Notes under the pieces: generated by a model
The model's input: only the letters and a program-made list of their open reading frames with translations
Database searches by the model: none
Told to the model about the DNA's origin: nothing
Translations under genes and position numbers: made by a program
In this document: positions 28,344 to 38,067 of the stretch, piece by piece
How the letters are laid out: each line of letters starts with the position of its first letter
How positions within the stretch are numbered: position 1 is the stretch's first letter
DNA from: Candidatus Uhrbacteria bacterium
GTDB lineage: Bacteria; Patescibacteriota; Patescibacteriia; UBA9934; UBA11717
Direction: 5' to 3'
Length of the DNA: 46,955 nt
Assembly (NCBI GenBank): GCA_018701105.1
Contig: JABIWD010000004.1
Coordinates: forward strand, 1-46,955

Positions 28344-29032
28344 TTCACTCCCTTCGTGCCCCGCAGGGCCCTGATTTCTTGCTCGAGACGCGAAATGCGC
28401 CGTTGCATCTCCTGCGCCTCGAACGTCGCTCCACCATCGACGTAGTTGATGAAGTCGTAGAGATCATCGAGCTCGTCGATGATCGCGTCGATCTCAGCCA
28501 TGTGGGCTTCGTCGATCACGTCGTCCCACTCCCGGTACTCCTGCTCGATCCGATCGAGAGAGTTCCAGATGTAGTCCGCCTCGTCCTCGAGGATCCCAAT
28601 CCGGGCTGCGTTCATGTCGATGTCCCGCCGGTTGCGGTTGATGGCGGCGTTCTGCCCCCAATCCTCCCAGCGACCGATCGCCAGGTACTCGTACACGACT
28701 GACTCCACGGCCGGGTCCATACCAGTCGACGCCATGCGCCGGTCGGCAGTGATACGGTCGTAGTGATCGACGATGTCTTTGTAGCTCTGGCAGTGCTCCA
28801 TGCGACCGCCATGCTGATCCAGACACTGGGTGAGCCGATCCAGGTACCCCTCCTTCTTCTGCCGGATGATCGTGTCCTCGCTCGACGCGTGCGTCAGGGC
28901 GTGGTCGCGGTCCTTCGCGCCAGAGATGGTTGAGTAGCTGTGTCCAATCCCTCGTGCGGCGTGCCCAATGCAGCCGGTGAGGGTGAACGTGACGGCGCAC
29001 AGCGCCAGGATAGCAACGATTCGGTTCCGCAC
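28340..29032 (-). CDS. Hypothetical lipoprotein with acidic coiled coil
   Basis: Lipobox 'LTGC'; GAGGAG SD; TTGACA-N17-TATATT promoter at about 29123-29151 on the minus strand. Confidence 0.72.
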   Translation of the reverse strand: MRNRIVAILALCAVTFTLTGCIGHAARGIGHSYSTISGAKDRDHALTHASSEDTIIRQKKEGYLDRLTQCLDQHGGRMEHCQSYKDIVDHYDRITADRRMASTGMDPAVESVVYEYLAIGRWEDWGQNAAINRNRRDIDMNAARIGILEDEADYIWNSLDRIEQEYREWDDVIDEAHMAEIDAIIDELDDLYDFINYVDGGATFEAQEMQRRISRLEQEIRALRGTKGVK

Positions 29033-29231
29033 GATTGTGCTCCTCTACTGAAGTGTTTTTCGAACTGTCTACCTTGATTCTTTGCCAACGGTAGGCCTTT
29101 TCTGCCCACTATTGAACGGCGTAATATAACACAAAAATGCCTTATTGTCAAGCGCAACTTGACATAATTACACTAATATTAGCCAAATTTATAAAAATAC
29201 GCCCCACCGGAGTCCCGGTGGGGCGTACGTG

Positions 29232-31160
29232 TCAGCGATTGCGCCGTCGCTGTCGGCGCCTGTCTCGAGCGCGCTCACGCTCTTCCCGTCGGGCCTCGTA
29301 GGCCTCCTGGGTCGTCATCGGAGCACCCCGCCCCGTTCCGTTGCCGCTGTTACGAGCGTCTCGATCCGGAATCAGCCCATTCGTGATGGGGTCTTCCAGG
29401 CCGAGTTCACTCCAGCGATCCATCGGATCGAGCGCGGGCCCGAGCGGCGATGCGTCCAGCTGCCCCTGGTACGCGATCACCAACATGAGCGTCAACGCGG
29501 CAGTCCCAAGGACCCGAAGTCCGCCTTCGCGCTCCTTGACCAAGGACCACACCGTGGCCGCAAAGCCCGTCACGGCCACGAGGACCATGGACAGGAGCAC
29601 TCCCTGCAGCATCGTATGCCGCAGCGTGTTTCGTCCCAACTCTGCGGACGAAAGCGTCGCGTAGGTCAACGGCGTGCTAGTTGCCACGCCGGAGATCTTC
29701 GCGAGGAGGATGGCGCCCAGCGCGCCGATCATCAGCACGGTGAGTCCCCGCCTCGAAAGACGGTAATACTCTCGCGCATCGATTCCTGACGGCCCAGGTG
29801 TCATTCCCTCGAACTTGAGCATCACCCCGATGACGATGCCCAACAGGATCACGTGCAAAGCATACGTCGGGATCGTATCCCACGCCATCTCGCCCTTGTT
29901 CCAGATCAGAATCCAGAGCGGGTACACCAGCAACTGCGATCCCATCGGCGCGATCATCGCACGCCAGCGGGTCACCTTCACGTAGGCGTCCGTTGGGATC
30001 AGCTGACTCATGTCCTGGGGGTTGCGCATCATCCGGCGCGCCGGCCCTGGGACACTCAACGTCTGTGCAGCGATCAGGTGCGCGAAGTGCAACACCTTGT
30101 CCACGGTGGACATCGCTCCTCCCACGATCTGGATCGGGATCACGTTGATCGTCAGCAACGCCACCATGTTCACGATTGAGAACACCAACGCGGCCGTCAG
30201 CGACTCCCTGTACAGGCAGAAAAGCCAGCCCAGGATGGACAAAACGATCACGATCCAGGAGACCACGAACATCTCACCCGCAGCTGTCGCCGCGAACTTG
30301 GCCACCGGAACGCCCTGCCTCTCCATGCGCTCAGGCGCCTGAACCGCCAGATCCAACCCGGCGTCAGCGATCCCTGAGAGCACCCTGTCGAACTGCGCGG
30401 TACGCCTCACGAGTGCGTAGTCCTTCTCGGTCAGGCTCAAGATCGTCGCGATGGCCATGTTGACCATCTCGTTCTTGCTCCTGGCCAAGCTCAGGCCTCC
30501 GAGCAAGAGTCCGGTGCTCGCTGCGTTGCCGAAGTACCCGAAGTTGAACGCCACCTGGGCGTCATCACAACGGGGATCAGCCGACATGCTCAGAGAGTAC
30601 AGCGCCGTGAGCACTGCGGTCCGTCGCCGCATCATCTTCCTGATCTTGGCGTCGTCACCTTCGAGCATTGCGCAGATGTCCGTGAACACCCTGTCGCTAA
30701 TCACCGAGCCTGCGTCTGTCACCGACGTCGGTGGAGCCGATGCACGATCGCCCACTGCCTCACCCGGGATGAACCGGTTCCTGAGGTTCCTGATCGATGC
30801 CCTGAGCGCGGCCTTCTGCCGCTCAAAGTACGCATTCGTCTTCGGATTGCCGTCCTTGGGAAGATGCACTACCAGCTCCTGGAAGAATTCCTCCATCGCT
30901 GCCTGCAGATTCTCCGCCTGATCCCGGCTGATCTTGCCGTCGCTCAGCAGTCTTGCTGTCACGCCGCTAGCGATCACCTTGATGCCCGGCCGACCCTTCT
31001 GCTGCAACTCCTTCAAGACGCCTACCGACAAGTAGGTCGTCATAGCGCCACGAACGACGTCGCTGGTGCCCATGAACCTGCCGCTTGCCTTGGCGAAATC
31101 GCGGAGATAGCTCTCCGTGATACCTCCCAGAATTCCCACTCTATTCCCTTGCTTCGCCAT
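29232..31160 (-). CDS. Large hypothetical multi-pass membrane protein
   Basis: Soluble N-terminal half, about 7-8 TMs, Arg-rich tail; GGGAG SD; terminator at 29193-29227. Confidence 0.7.
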   Translation of the reverse strand: MAKQGNRVGILGGITESYLRDFAKASGRFMGTSDVVRGAMTTYLSVGVLKELQQKGRPGIKVIASGVTARLLSDGKISRDQAENLQAAMEEFFQELVVHLPKDGNPKTNAYFERQKAALRASIRNLRNRFIPGEAVGDRASAPPTSVTDAGSVISDRVFTDICAMLEGDDAKIRKMMRRRTAVLTALYSLSMSADPRCDDAQVAFNFGYFGNAASTGLLLGGLSLARSKNEMVNMAIATILSLTEKDYALVRRTAQFDRVLSGIADAGLDLAVQAPERMERQGVPVAKFAATAAGEMFVVSWIVIVLSILGWLFCLYRESLTAALVFSIVNMVALLTINVIPIQIVGGAMSTVDKVLHFAHLIAAQTLSVPGPARRMMRNPQDMSQLIPTDAYVKVTRWRAMIAPMGSQLLVYPLWILIWNKGEMAWDTIPTYALHVILLGIVIGVMLKFEGMTPGPSGIDAREYYRLSRRGLTVLMIGALGAILLAKISGVATSTPLTYATLSSAELGRNTLRHTMLQGVLLSMVLVAVTGFAATVWSLVKEREGGLRVLGTAALTLMLVIAYQGQLDASPLGPALDPMDRWSELGLEDPITNGLIPDRDARNSGNGTGRGAPMTTQEAYEARREERERARDRRRQRRRNR

Positions 31161-31401
31161 GTCTCTCTCCCTTCGCAGTTCTACTGCAAACTCTGTTTTC
31201 TGTCTTTCTCTCAAAATTGGAAGGAACGGCTAAGATTAACAACAAAATACAGATTTGTCAAGGCAGAATGGGGGCAATGTGTATGGCCGCCCAACACACC
31301 AATTACTTGACAAAAGCACATTTTTGTGGTAGTTTTAGCTGTTTCAATCTCGAAGGAAACACGGCCTCTACAACATCAGACACCTAAGACAGGAGCACAG
31401 C

Positions 31402-32238
31402 ATGGCGAAAGCCTTCATTCTCTTTGCGAAAGACAGCGCTTTTCCCGGAACGTCGAGCTTCGACAGCGACGCGATCCGGTTGGAGCCGAAGAACACGAGC
31501 ACGCCCGACGGGTACACGAAGTACAAGGCGGGCACCATCGACGAGATCAAGGCGTTCATCACGGGCTACGTGAGCGACACGGGTATGTGCACGAAGATGC
31601 ACGACAAGGTCGACGCGATGGCCGCCGCTCTCAAGTCACCGAAGAAGGCCGCAGCTGCACCCGCAGCCGCGGTCGCGACACCGAAGGTCGTGGTTGCGGT
31701 CGCGGCACCAGCCGTGGTCGTTGCCAAGAAGCCCAAGGTACCGCCGGTGCTCGCCGGCATCTTCGATGGCGAGCAGTCGCCGTACATGGACGGCATCGAC
31801 GCCGGAACGAAGCCCCTCAACTTTCCGCCCAGGAAGAAGGCGGAAAAGAAGCCGATCAAGGAGATCGACCTCACCGAGGGATACAAGGCTCTGCCTGCCT
31901 TCATGGCCGGTACCCTGTTCACCTTCCTGGCACTGACCGGCGCGCTGATGTTCGTCACGAAGGTGTCGGACAGCTACATGCTGGACACCGTCATCCCCGT
32001 GCTGGTAACGCTGTTCGGCCTGGCGGGCGCGGGCTTCTGCTCGTACCTGCTCATGACCGAGCAGACGTTCACCCAGATCGCCCTGAAGTGGGACAACGAC
32101 CTGGACGACGACGGCAACGTCATCGAGTGCGACGAGGAGTGCGAGACGACGAACGAGGACGACAACCCGACAGACGGGATGCACCCCTTCGCAGCCCTGA
32201 TGGAGAAAGCCAGGCGCTACGATCGGGACCACCCCTAG
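31402..32238 (+). CDS. Hypothetical protein with Ala/Lys/Pro linker, two TMs and acidic tail
   Basis: AGGAG SD; TTGACA at about 31306; nearly all codons end in G/C; terminator at 32252-32289. Confidence 0.75.
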   Translation: MAKAFILFAKDSAFPGTSSFDSDAIRLEPKNTSTPDGYTKYKAGTIDEIKAFITGYVSDTGMCTKMHDKVDAMAAALKSPKKAAAAPAAAVATPKVVVAVAAPAVVVAKKPKVPPVLAGIFDGEQSPYMDGIDAGTKPLNFPPRKKAEKKPIKEIDLTEGYKALPAFMAGTLFTFLALTGALMFVTKVSDSYMLDTVIPVLVTLFGLAGAGFCSYLLMTEQTFTQIALKWDNDLDDDGNVIECDEECETTNEDDNPTDGMHPFAALMEKARRYDRDHP

Positions 32239-32320
32239 ACGAAAGGACTACGAAGCCCCCGGGCCGCATCTGCGGTTCCGGGGGTTTTCATTTCCTCCTT
32301 TTCCTGTAAACTAACATTGT

Positions 32321-33481
32321 ATGAACTATCTTATCATCGGAGGCGGTATTGCAGGCACAACAACAGCAGACGAACTTAGGAAAATCGACTCTGATGCCGC
32401 AATCACAATCATCAGCAACGAGAAGCACCCACTCTATTCACGTGTAATCCTCCCCCACTACATTACGGGCAAGGTACCTCGCGAGAGAGTCTTTTTGAAA
32501 ACAACGGAATGGTACACGGACAACAACATCGATCTCGTGTTTGACGAAGTGGTCAGCCTCGACACCACAACGAAGACCGTGACTGGATCGAACTCAAACT
32601 ATGAATACGACAAACTCCTCATCGCTGGAGGTGGAATCGTTAACAAGCTGAGCTTCCCCGGTAGCGAGGAGATACTTCACTTCCAAACAATCGACGACGC
32701 AGACAAGATCCTCGATCTCCTGGTCAAACACGCGAACGACGAAACCAAGCCTCGCGTCGGAATCATCGGAGGTGGCTTTATCGCGATGGAGTTTGCAGAG
32801 TTTTTTGGTGAGGAGAACTACGAGACGCAGATCTTCCTCAGAAAAGACCGATTCTTCTCTGGAAGCTTTGACGACAACTGCTCACAGATACTCGAGAACC
32901 ATCTTGCAAAGTGGCAAATCAAAACACATAAGCACACTGAGATCGAGTCGTACGTCGACGGAATCGCAAAACTGTCAGACGGAACAGAGCTAGAGCTCGA
33001 CGCAATCGCAGCCGGCGTGGGACTCTCATCAAATTTCCAATGGGCGGCTGATGCGGGAATCGAAGTCAACAAAGGCATTGTCTGTAACGAGTTCCTGGAA
33101 ACAAACGTCCCCGATGTTTACACCGCGGGTGACTGTGCGGAGTTCTTTGATACAATGAGTAAACAACACGTGAGAATTGGGAACTGGATGAACGCCCTGA
33201 TGCAATCTCGTCTACTCGCGAAGAATATGACAGGTGAAAAGAATGCGTTCGAGCTTGTAAGCTCGTACTCAACCAAGGTGATGGGGCTCGACATCGTATC
33301 GATCGGTGTAACGAACGCGGCGAAGGCAGACGAGATAGTAGAACGTCCCTCTGACGATGGTCACATGTTGATCTTCGGAAAGAATGGAGTCGCGGTTGGA
33401 GCCACACTAGTAAACCAAACAAAAGAAAGAGCTAGAATTACAAAACTCATCAAGGAGCGAACACCAATATCAAATATATGA
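32321..33481 (+). CDS. NAD(P)/FAD-dependent oxidoreductase (ferredoxin/rubredoxin reductase-like)
   Basis: 'IIGGGIAG', 'YDKLLIAGG', 'IIGGGFIAME' and 'TNVPDVYTAGD'. Confidence 0.9.
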   Translation: MNYLIIGGGIAGTTTADELRKIDSDAAITIISNEKHPLYSRVILPHYITGKVPRERVFLKTTEWYTDNNIDLVFDEVVSLDTTTKTVTGSNSNYEYDKLLIAGGGIVNKLSFPGSEEILHFQTIDDADKILDLLVKHANDETKPRVGIIGGGFIAMEFAEFFGEENYETQIFLRKDRFFSGSFDDNCSQILENHLAKWQIKTHKHTEIESYVDGIAKLSDGTELELDAIAAGVGLSSNFQWAADAGIEVNKGIVCNEFLETNVPDVYTAGDCAEFFDTMSKQHVRIGNWMNALMQSRLLAKNMTGEKNAFELVSSYSTKVMGLDIVSIGVTNAAKADEIVERPSDDGHMLIFGKNGVAVGATLVNQTKERARITKLIKERTPISNI

Positions 33482-34551
33482 AACACCTGTTAGATTCCCC
33501 ATCAACGTATCTTCGATACGATCCCAGCAACGCAATGAACTCTCTTGAAACTCTTGCTGACCAATGTGAGCAGGCGTGGCATGAAGTGAAAAAAGTAAAC
33601 TTCCCAAAGTCCCTCAAGTCTTTGGATCGAGTTGTTGTGTGTGGAATGGGCGGATCTGACCTAGGTGCATATATGATCAAGTCCTTGTTTATGCGAGACT
33701 TGAAAGTGCCGTTTGAGATCGTGCACGACTACTCGCTTCCTGAGTACGTGAACAACAAGACTCTCGTGATAGCTATCAGTTATAGCGGGTCAACTGAGGA
33801 AGCTCTATCTGCCTTGAAGGACGCTCGAGCTCGCAAAGCAAAGATCGCTATCATTGCCGGCGGCAAGAACCTTGAAGCATCCGCAAAAAAGAACAACATC
33901 CCCGCCTACATTTTCGACGATAGCAAGAATAACGTGTCTCGCGCTCCTCGAATGGGTGTTGGACTCACACTCTTCGGACTCGTTGGCATAATGAAGCAAC
34001 TCGGTTACATCAAACTCGCCGAGAAGGACGCGCTCGCTGCGATTGACCACATGCGGACCGTAGAAAAGAAATGGAATGGTGTTGTACCGCTTGGAAAAAA
34101 TGCGACAAAGAAGCTCGCGGACGTTCTCCATCAGAAAATGCCGATCTACGTAGCATCGGAGCACCTTTGGGGTAACGCACGCATCATGCGTAACCAAACT
34201 CACGAGACTTGCAAGACATTCGCAGCACATTTTGATGTGCCAGAGCTCAACCATCACTTGATGGAAGGTCTCGCGCATCCAAAAGAAAAGCACGCGATGC
34301 ATTTCGTATTGTTCCCGTCTAAGTTGTACTACACACGAGTACAAAAACGGTACCCGATCACGAAAGCAGTGATTAAAAAGAACGGCATCGACGTATCGGT
34401 AGTCGAGCTTGAGGGAAAGACAAGGCTCGCGCAGGCACTCGAGGCACTCTTGTTCGGAGGATACGTCACTTTCTACATGGCGATGCTGAATAAGCTTGAT
34501 CCAACACCGAATCCTTTTGTAGACTACTTCAAGGAACAGTTGAAAAAATAA
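33478..34551 (+). CDS. Bifunctional phosphoglucose/phosphomannose isomerase (SIS)
   Basis: 'CGMGGS', 'ISYSGSTEE', 'APR' and 'PELNHHLMEG' motifs. Confidence 0.88.
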   Translation: MKHLLDSPSTYLRYDPSNAMNSLETLADQCEQAWHEVKKVNFPKSLKSLDRVVVCGMGGSDLGAYMIKSLFMRDLKVPFEIVHDYSLPEYVNNKTLVIAISYSGSTEEALSALKDARARKAKIAIIAGGKNLEASAKKNNIPAYIFDDSKNNVSRAPRMGVGLTLFGLVGIMKQLGYIKLAEKDALAAIDHMRTVEKKWNGVVPLGKNATKKLADVLHQKMPIYVASEHLWGNARIMRNQTHETCKTFAAHFDVPELNHHLMEGLAHPKEKHAMHFVLFPSKLYYTRVQKRYPITKAVIKKNGIDVSVVELEGKTRLAQALEALLFGGYVTFYMAMLNKLDPTPNPFVDYFKEQLKK

Positions 34552-34554
34552 GGT

Positions 34555-34581
34555 AAAAAAAACGAGCGTTAGCTCGTTTTT
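34555..34581. terminator. Bidirectional terminator
   Basis: A-run-CGAGC-gtta-GCTCG-T-run between convergent operons. Confidence 0.7.
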
Positions 34582-34586
34582 AATTT

Positions 34587-34856
34587 CTACATTTCAGGGA
34601 ACAACTGCTCCCCTTCCTCGTTATAGATGAAGATCGCCAACGTAGGACATGACTGCGCCGACAACAGTAAGTTCTCGTAGGCATCGTCCTCAAGTTCCAG
34701 CCATCTCTCGTACGTTTCTGCTTGATCCTCAGCAGTATCATCCAACACAACTGCTTTATTCTCGTCGTTCAACGCAAACACGTCAGGAGCAACGGTCACA
34801 CAAGATGCTGCACCGATACAAAGATCTTCATCAACTCTTACACGATATTTTTTCAT
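34587..34856 (-). CDS. Single-cluster ferredoxin, probably [3Fe-4S]
   Basis: 'CIGAASC...SCP' with the second Cys of CxxCxxC replaced by Ala. Confidence 0.88.
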   Translation of the reverse strand: MKKYRVRVDEDLCIGAASCVTVAPDVFALNDENKAVVLDDTAEDQAETYERWLELEDDAYENLLLSAQSCPTLAIFIYNEEGEQLFPEM

Positions 34857-34857
34857 A

Positions 34858-35529
34858 CTACCCAAAATATTTTTCTCTATAAAATCGTATCAACTCTTCT
34901 ACCGCAGGCAGGATCGTAGGATTCCCCACTCCAACCTTTGTCTTCTTTTGAACCGCCTCAAGGTCGAGTGCGCCATCTAGCACGGCTTCCTCGATATCAT
35001 GATCCGTCACCTTCGCAATCGGGTCAATCATCCTCTTAGCTTCGACAATCATTTTATCAGTTTGGTCTGTTCGGCGAAAGTAGTCGTTGATAGCATCACG
35101 AATCGCCTTGTCGCACAGAACACTGCAGTGAAACTTGCGCGCAGGCAGCCCCTTGAGTCGCGTCATGATGTCCTGCGGCTTTATACTACGCGCTTCATCC
35201 AACGTCATCCCCCCGTTTTCCGTTACCATCACACTCGCCATCGACGTACTTGCAATAGCAGACCCGCAACCGAACGTTTTCCACTTAAAATCTACGATCC
35301 TCTCATCAGAATCAATCTTCAGCCATACTCGAAGCTCGTCTCCACACGCTGGTGAGCCTACCTTTCCTATTCCGTTAAACTGCGATTCATCAACGTCGTT
35401 CATTATAAAGTTCTTTGGGTTGAAGAAATGTTCCTTTACCTCGTCAGAGTAAAACCAAGAAGACGCGCCATCATGCGCGGACACGTCGCCTTTGCGGCCT
35501 TTCACTGATTTTGCACTATAATCTGACAT
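34858..35529 (-). CDS. iscU: Fe-S scaffold IscU/NifU-N with C-terminal BFD-like domain
   Basis: 'HFFNPKN', 'GSPACGD', 'TFGCGSAIAS' and 'KFHCS'. Confidence 0.85.
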   Translation of the reverse strand: MSDYSAKSVKGRKGDVSAHDGASSWFYSDEVKEHFFNPKNFIMNDVDESQFNGIGKVGSPACGDELRVWLKIDSDERIVDFKWKTFGCGSAIASTSMASVMVTENGGMTLDEARSIKPQDIMTRLKGLPARKFHCSVLCDKAIRDAINDYFRRTDQTDKMIVEAKRMIDPIAKVTDHDIEEAVLDGALDLEAVQKKTKVGVGNPTILPAVEELIRFYREKYFG

Positions 35530-36740
35530 TACTCGTAGTATTTCGGATCAACACGCACTGGCGAGATCGCTCGGAGCTTCTCGACGAGCGGTGGGAGCTC
35601 TTTTATCACGTAATCGATGTCAGCCTCGGTCGTGTCGCGGCCAAGAGTGAACCTCATTGAGCCGTGAGCGACCTCAAACGGCATTCCAAGCGCGATGATC
35701 ACGTGACTTGGGTCTAAAGACGCGCTCGTACACGCGGATCCAGTTGATGCGTAGATTCCTTTGGCGTCCAGGTAGAGCAAGAGCGCTTCTCCCTCAAGAT
35801 CCATGATGGAAATATTTACATTGTTCGGAACTCGTTGTTCGCGATCTCCGTTTAACCGAGTTTTTGGAATAGTATTCAAAATTCCTTCGATCAATTTCTC
35901 TCGTAACGGCAAAAGATGACTCGCATCTGCCTCGCGTCGACCTTGAACAAGCTCGAGAGCCTTTGCGAAACCTACAATCGCCGCAACATTCTCCGTTCCA
36001 GGACGAATTCCCTTTTCTTGCGCGCCACCAAACGTGAGTGGTTGCAACTTTGTCCCTCGTTTTACAAACAAAGCGCCAACTCCCTTTGGTCCATATACTT
36101 TTGATCCGTTGATCGACAGTAAATCAACGTGGAGTTTGCGAACATCGAGATCTAGATATGCCGTGGCCTGCATCGCGTCTGTATGCAGAGCAACGTACTG
36201 CGCTTTTCCACCCTTCCTCATCTTCTCAATCGCGTTTCCGATCTCCGCAACCGGCTGGATCGTTCCAATCTCGTTGTTAACGAGCATAACTGACACGATA
36301 GTCGTATCCTCGCGTATAGCATCAAGAACTTTCTTGGCATCAACGATCCCATTTTTCTCAACCGGCACTATCGTAAGCTCGAATCCTTCTTTCTTTTCTA
36401 AATGCTGCATAGTCTCGAGCACAGCATGATGTTCGATCGCAGTCGTAACGATATGTTTCCCGTGTTTTGCATGAGCTCGAGCATACCCAAGGATCGCCAA
36501 GTTATCAGACTCGGTGCCTGATCCTGTAAACAAGATCTCATCCGGACGCGCTCCTAGAAACTCCGCAATCTCGCTCCGCGCTGCATCGAGCTGATCCTTT
36601 GCCCGCTTTCCCTCACTGTGAAAACTCCCTGCGTTTCCCTGTACCGCTTTCATGAAACTCGAAACAACATCAACAACCGCCTCATCAGTAGGCGTTGCGG
36701 CTGCGTGGTCTAGATATACGCTATGTCCGTTGGCAGTCAT
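35529..36740 (-). CDS. iscS: Cysteine desulfurase (IscS/NifS class)
   Basis: 'YLDHAAATP', 'FTGSGTESDN', 'HTDA.Q', 'SKVYGPKG', 'RPGTEN' and 'STGSACTS'. Confidence 0.93.
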   Translation of the reverse strand: MTANGHSVYLDHAAATPTDEAVVDVVSSFMKAVQGNAGSFHSEGKRAKDQLDAARSEIAEFLGARPDEILFTGSGTESDNLAILGYARAHAKHGKHIVTTAIEHHAVLETMQHLEKKEGFELTIVPVEKNGIVDAKKVLDAIREDTTIVSVMLVNNEIGTIQPVAEIGNAIEKMRKGGKAQYVALHTDAMQATAYLDLDVRKLHVDLLSINGSKVYGPKGVGALFVKRGTKLQPLTFGGAQEKGIRPGTENVAAIVGFAKALELVQGRREADASHLLPLREKLIEGILNTIPKTRLNGDREQRVPNNVNISIMDLEGEALLLYLDAKGIYASTGSACTSASLDPSHVIIALGMPFEVAHGSMRFTLGRDTTEADIDYVIKELPPLVEKLRAISPVRVDPKYYE

Positions 36741-36837
36741 AATAGAGCCAAGGTATCTGGAATATGGTCGCGCGTCAAGGATTGACGGGACGCCCGCTAA
36801 CTGCTAATCTCGAATTCCACACACGGAGGAAACCCCC

Positions 36838-37176
36838 ATGAGAGAATACTTGGGAGAGATCTTGATCGGCATCGTGCTCCTGACGATGCTGATTGCCTGG
36901 TACAGGTCGAGCGATTTCAGGATGAACCGCAGGATCAAGCAGCACAAGCTGATCGCTGCTCGACACATCACGCGTTACGGGAACATGGAGCGATGGGAGC
37001 TCAAAGAAGCCCCAGGAGTCGACCAGGCGATCATGGAATGTGCCCTTGCGATGATGCGACGAGATGGCATGATCAAGGTCAAGACAGCGCCGCCGCCAAG
37101 CGGAACGGACGCGATCGAGGAGTTCCACAGCTTCACCGATACAGGAGAGACCTGGGCCCAGGAACTCCTGGCCTGA
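36838..37176 (+). CDS. Membrane-anchored putative winged-helix protein (paralog 1)
   Basis: GGAGG SD; N-terminal TM; 'L..M.RDGMI...FTDTGETWA' wHTH-like ending. Confidence 0.65.
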   Translation: MREYLGEILIGIVLLTMLIAWYRSSDFRMNRRIKQHKLIAARHITRYGNMERWELKEAPGVDQAIMECALAMMRRDGMIKVKTAPPPSGTDAIEEFHSFTDTGETWAQELLA

Positions 37177-37277
37177 CACAAAGCCGCCCTGTCCTGGGGC
37201 GGTGATTTTTATTATGCGACCGATTGACACATGGTTCGAAATGATGTTTTATGTCCGCAGAAGACGGAGGAGAAAGC

Positions 37278-37412
37278 ATGGCAACAGCAGTGATGGAAAC
37301 AGTTGCAATGGCGATGTACGGCGTTTGGTGGATTGGGGTTCTATGTATCGGGGGCTTCGTAATCAAGGAGGCCTTCAGGTCCGAGCCGCCTTCACCGATG
37401 CCATCCCACTAG
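37278..37412 (+). CDS. Small single-TM protein (44 aa), absent from the ORF track
   Basis: MATAVMETVAMAMYGVWWIGVLCIGGFVIKEAFRSEPPSPMPSH; GGAGG SD; TTGACA at 37224; stop overlaps the SD of the next gene. Confidence 0.6.
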   Translation: MATAVMETVAMAMYGVWWIGVLCIGGFVIKEAFRSEPPSPMPSH

Positions 37413-37421
37413 GAGAGACAG

Positions 37422-37805
37422 ATGGATAAAACAGTACTCGCGATCGAGATCGCGACAATACTCGTGCTGATTGCCTTGGCCGTACGTAAGCGGCGCTTGG
37501 ACACGCCGAGTAAGAGGCGACTCGAGTCCGAGAAGAAGGTAGAGGAGTGCACATACCTCGTAGCGAAGCACCTCTTCAAACGAGACGAGGTTCTACTCTC
37601 AGAGCTCCGGCGTGAGCTCGACGTCGACAACAAGACCTTGGAGCAAGTTCTGCACACGCTCAAAAGATCAGGTCACGTTTCATACAGGTCCAGTCTCCTC
37701 CTCGTTGGACACATGTCGGGACCCGACAGGGGTAGACGAGACTACTTCTGGCTCACGCCCAAGGGCAGAGCCTGGGCTGGTGACCTCACGAAGAAGACCG
37801 CATGA
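37422..37805 (+). CDS. Membrane-anchored putative winged-helix (MarR-like) protein (paralog 2)
   Basis: N-terminal TM; 'SELRRELDVDNKTLEQVLHTLKRSGHV...LTPKGRAWA'. Confidence 0.7.
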   Translation: MDKTVLAIEIATILVLIALAVRKRRLDTPSKRRLESEKKVEECTYLVAKHLFKRDEVLLSELRRELDVDNKTLEQVLHTLKRSGHVSYRSSLLLVGHMSGPDRGRRDYFWLTPKGRAWAGDLTKKTA

Positions 37806-37816
37806 CAAAAGCCGCC

Positions 37817-38059
37817 CTAATCTGGGGCGGCCGTTTTTATTTCAACAACTTTTTGACGGGACGTATGTCCGCGGACAACGTCAACTTCCGATTTTCTGAC
37901 TCCATAATGCTCAGCAAGCACCTTTACAAGCTCAACGTTCGCCTTGCCTTTCTCCGGCGCGGCATGAATGCGAACTTTTAAAGTCCCATCCGCCATCTCC
38001 CCGACAACTTCAGAGATTTGCGCACCTGGGATCACCTTGATTTTTACTTGCTTGACCAC
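37817..38059 (-). CDS. DUF167 (YggU-like) protein
   Basis: 'VIPGA', 'AAPEKGKANVEL' and 'GHTSRQK'. Confidence 0.9.
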   Translation of the reverse strand: MVKQVKIKVIPGAQISEVVGEMADGTLKVRIHAAPEKGKANVELVKVLAEHYGVRKSEVDVVRGHTSRQKVVEIKTAAPD

Positions 38060-38067
38060 AAACTAAC

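Noticed and set aside
27282-32238. Prophage
   Set aside because: No recognisable structural, terminase, integrase or replication genes; mixed orientations with individual terminators.
31326-32309. Long overlapping ORFs (also 20859-21791+, 44827-45669-, 14973-15695+, 29229-29789+)
   Set aside because: Shadow frames arising from strong G/C third-position bias; they lack SD or promoter support and have Arg/Gly/His-rich non-protein-like composition.
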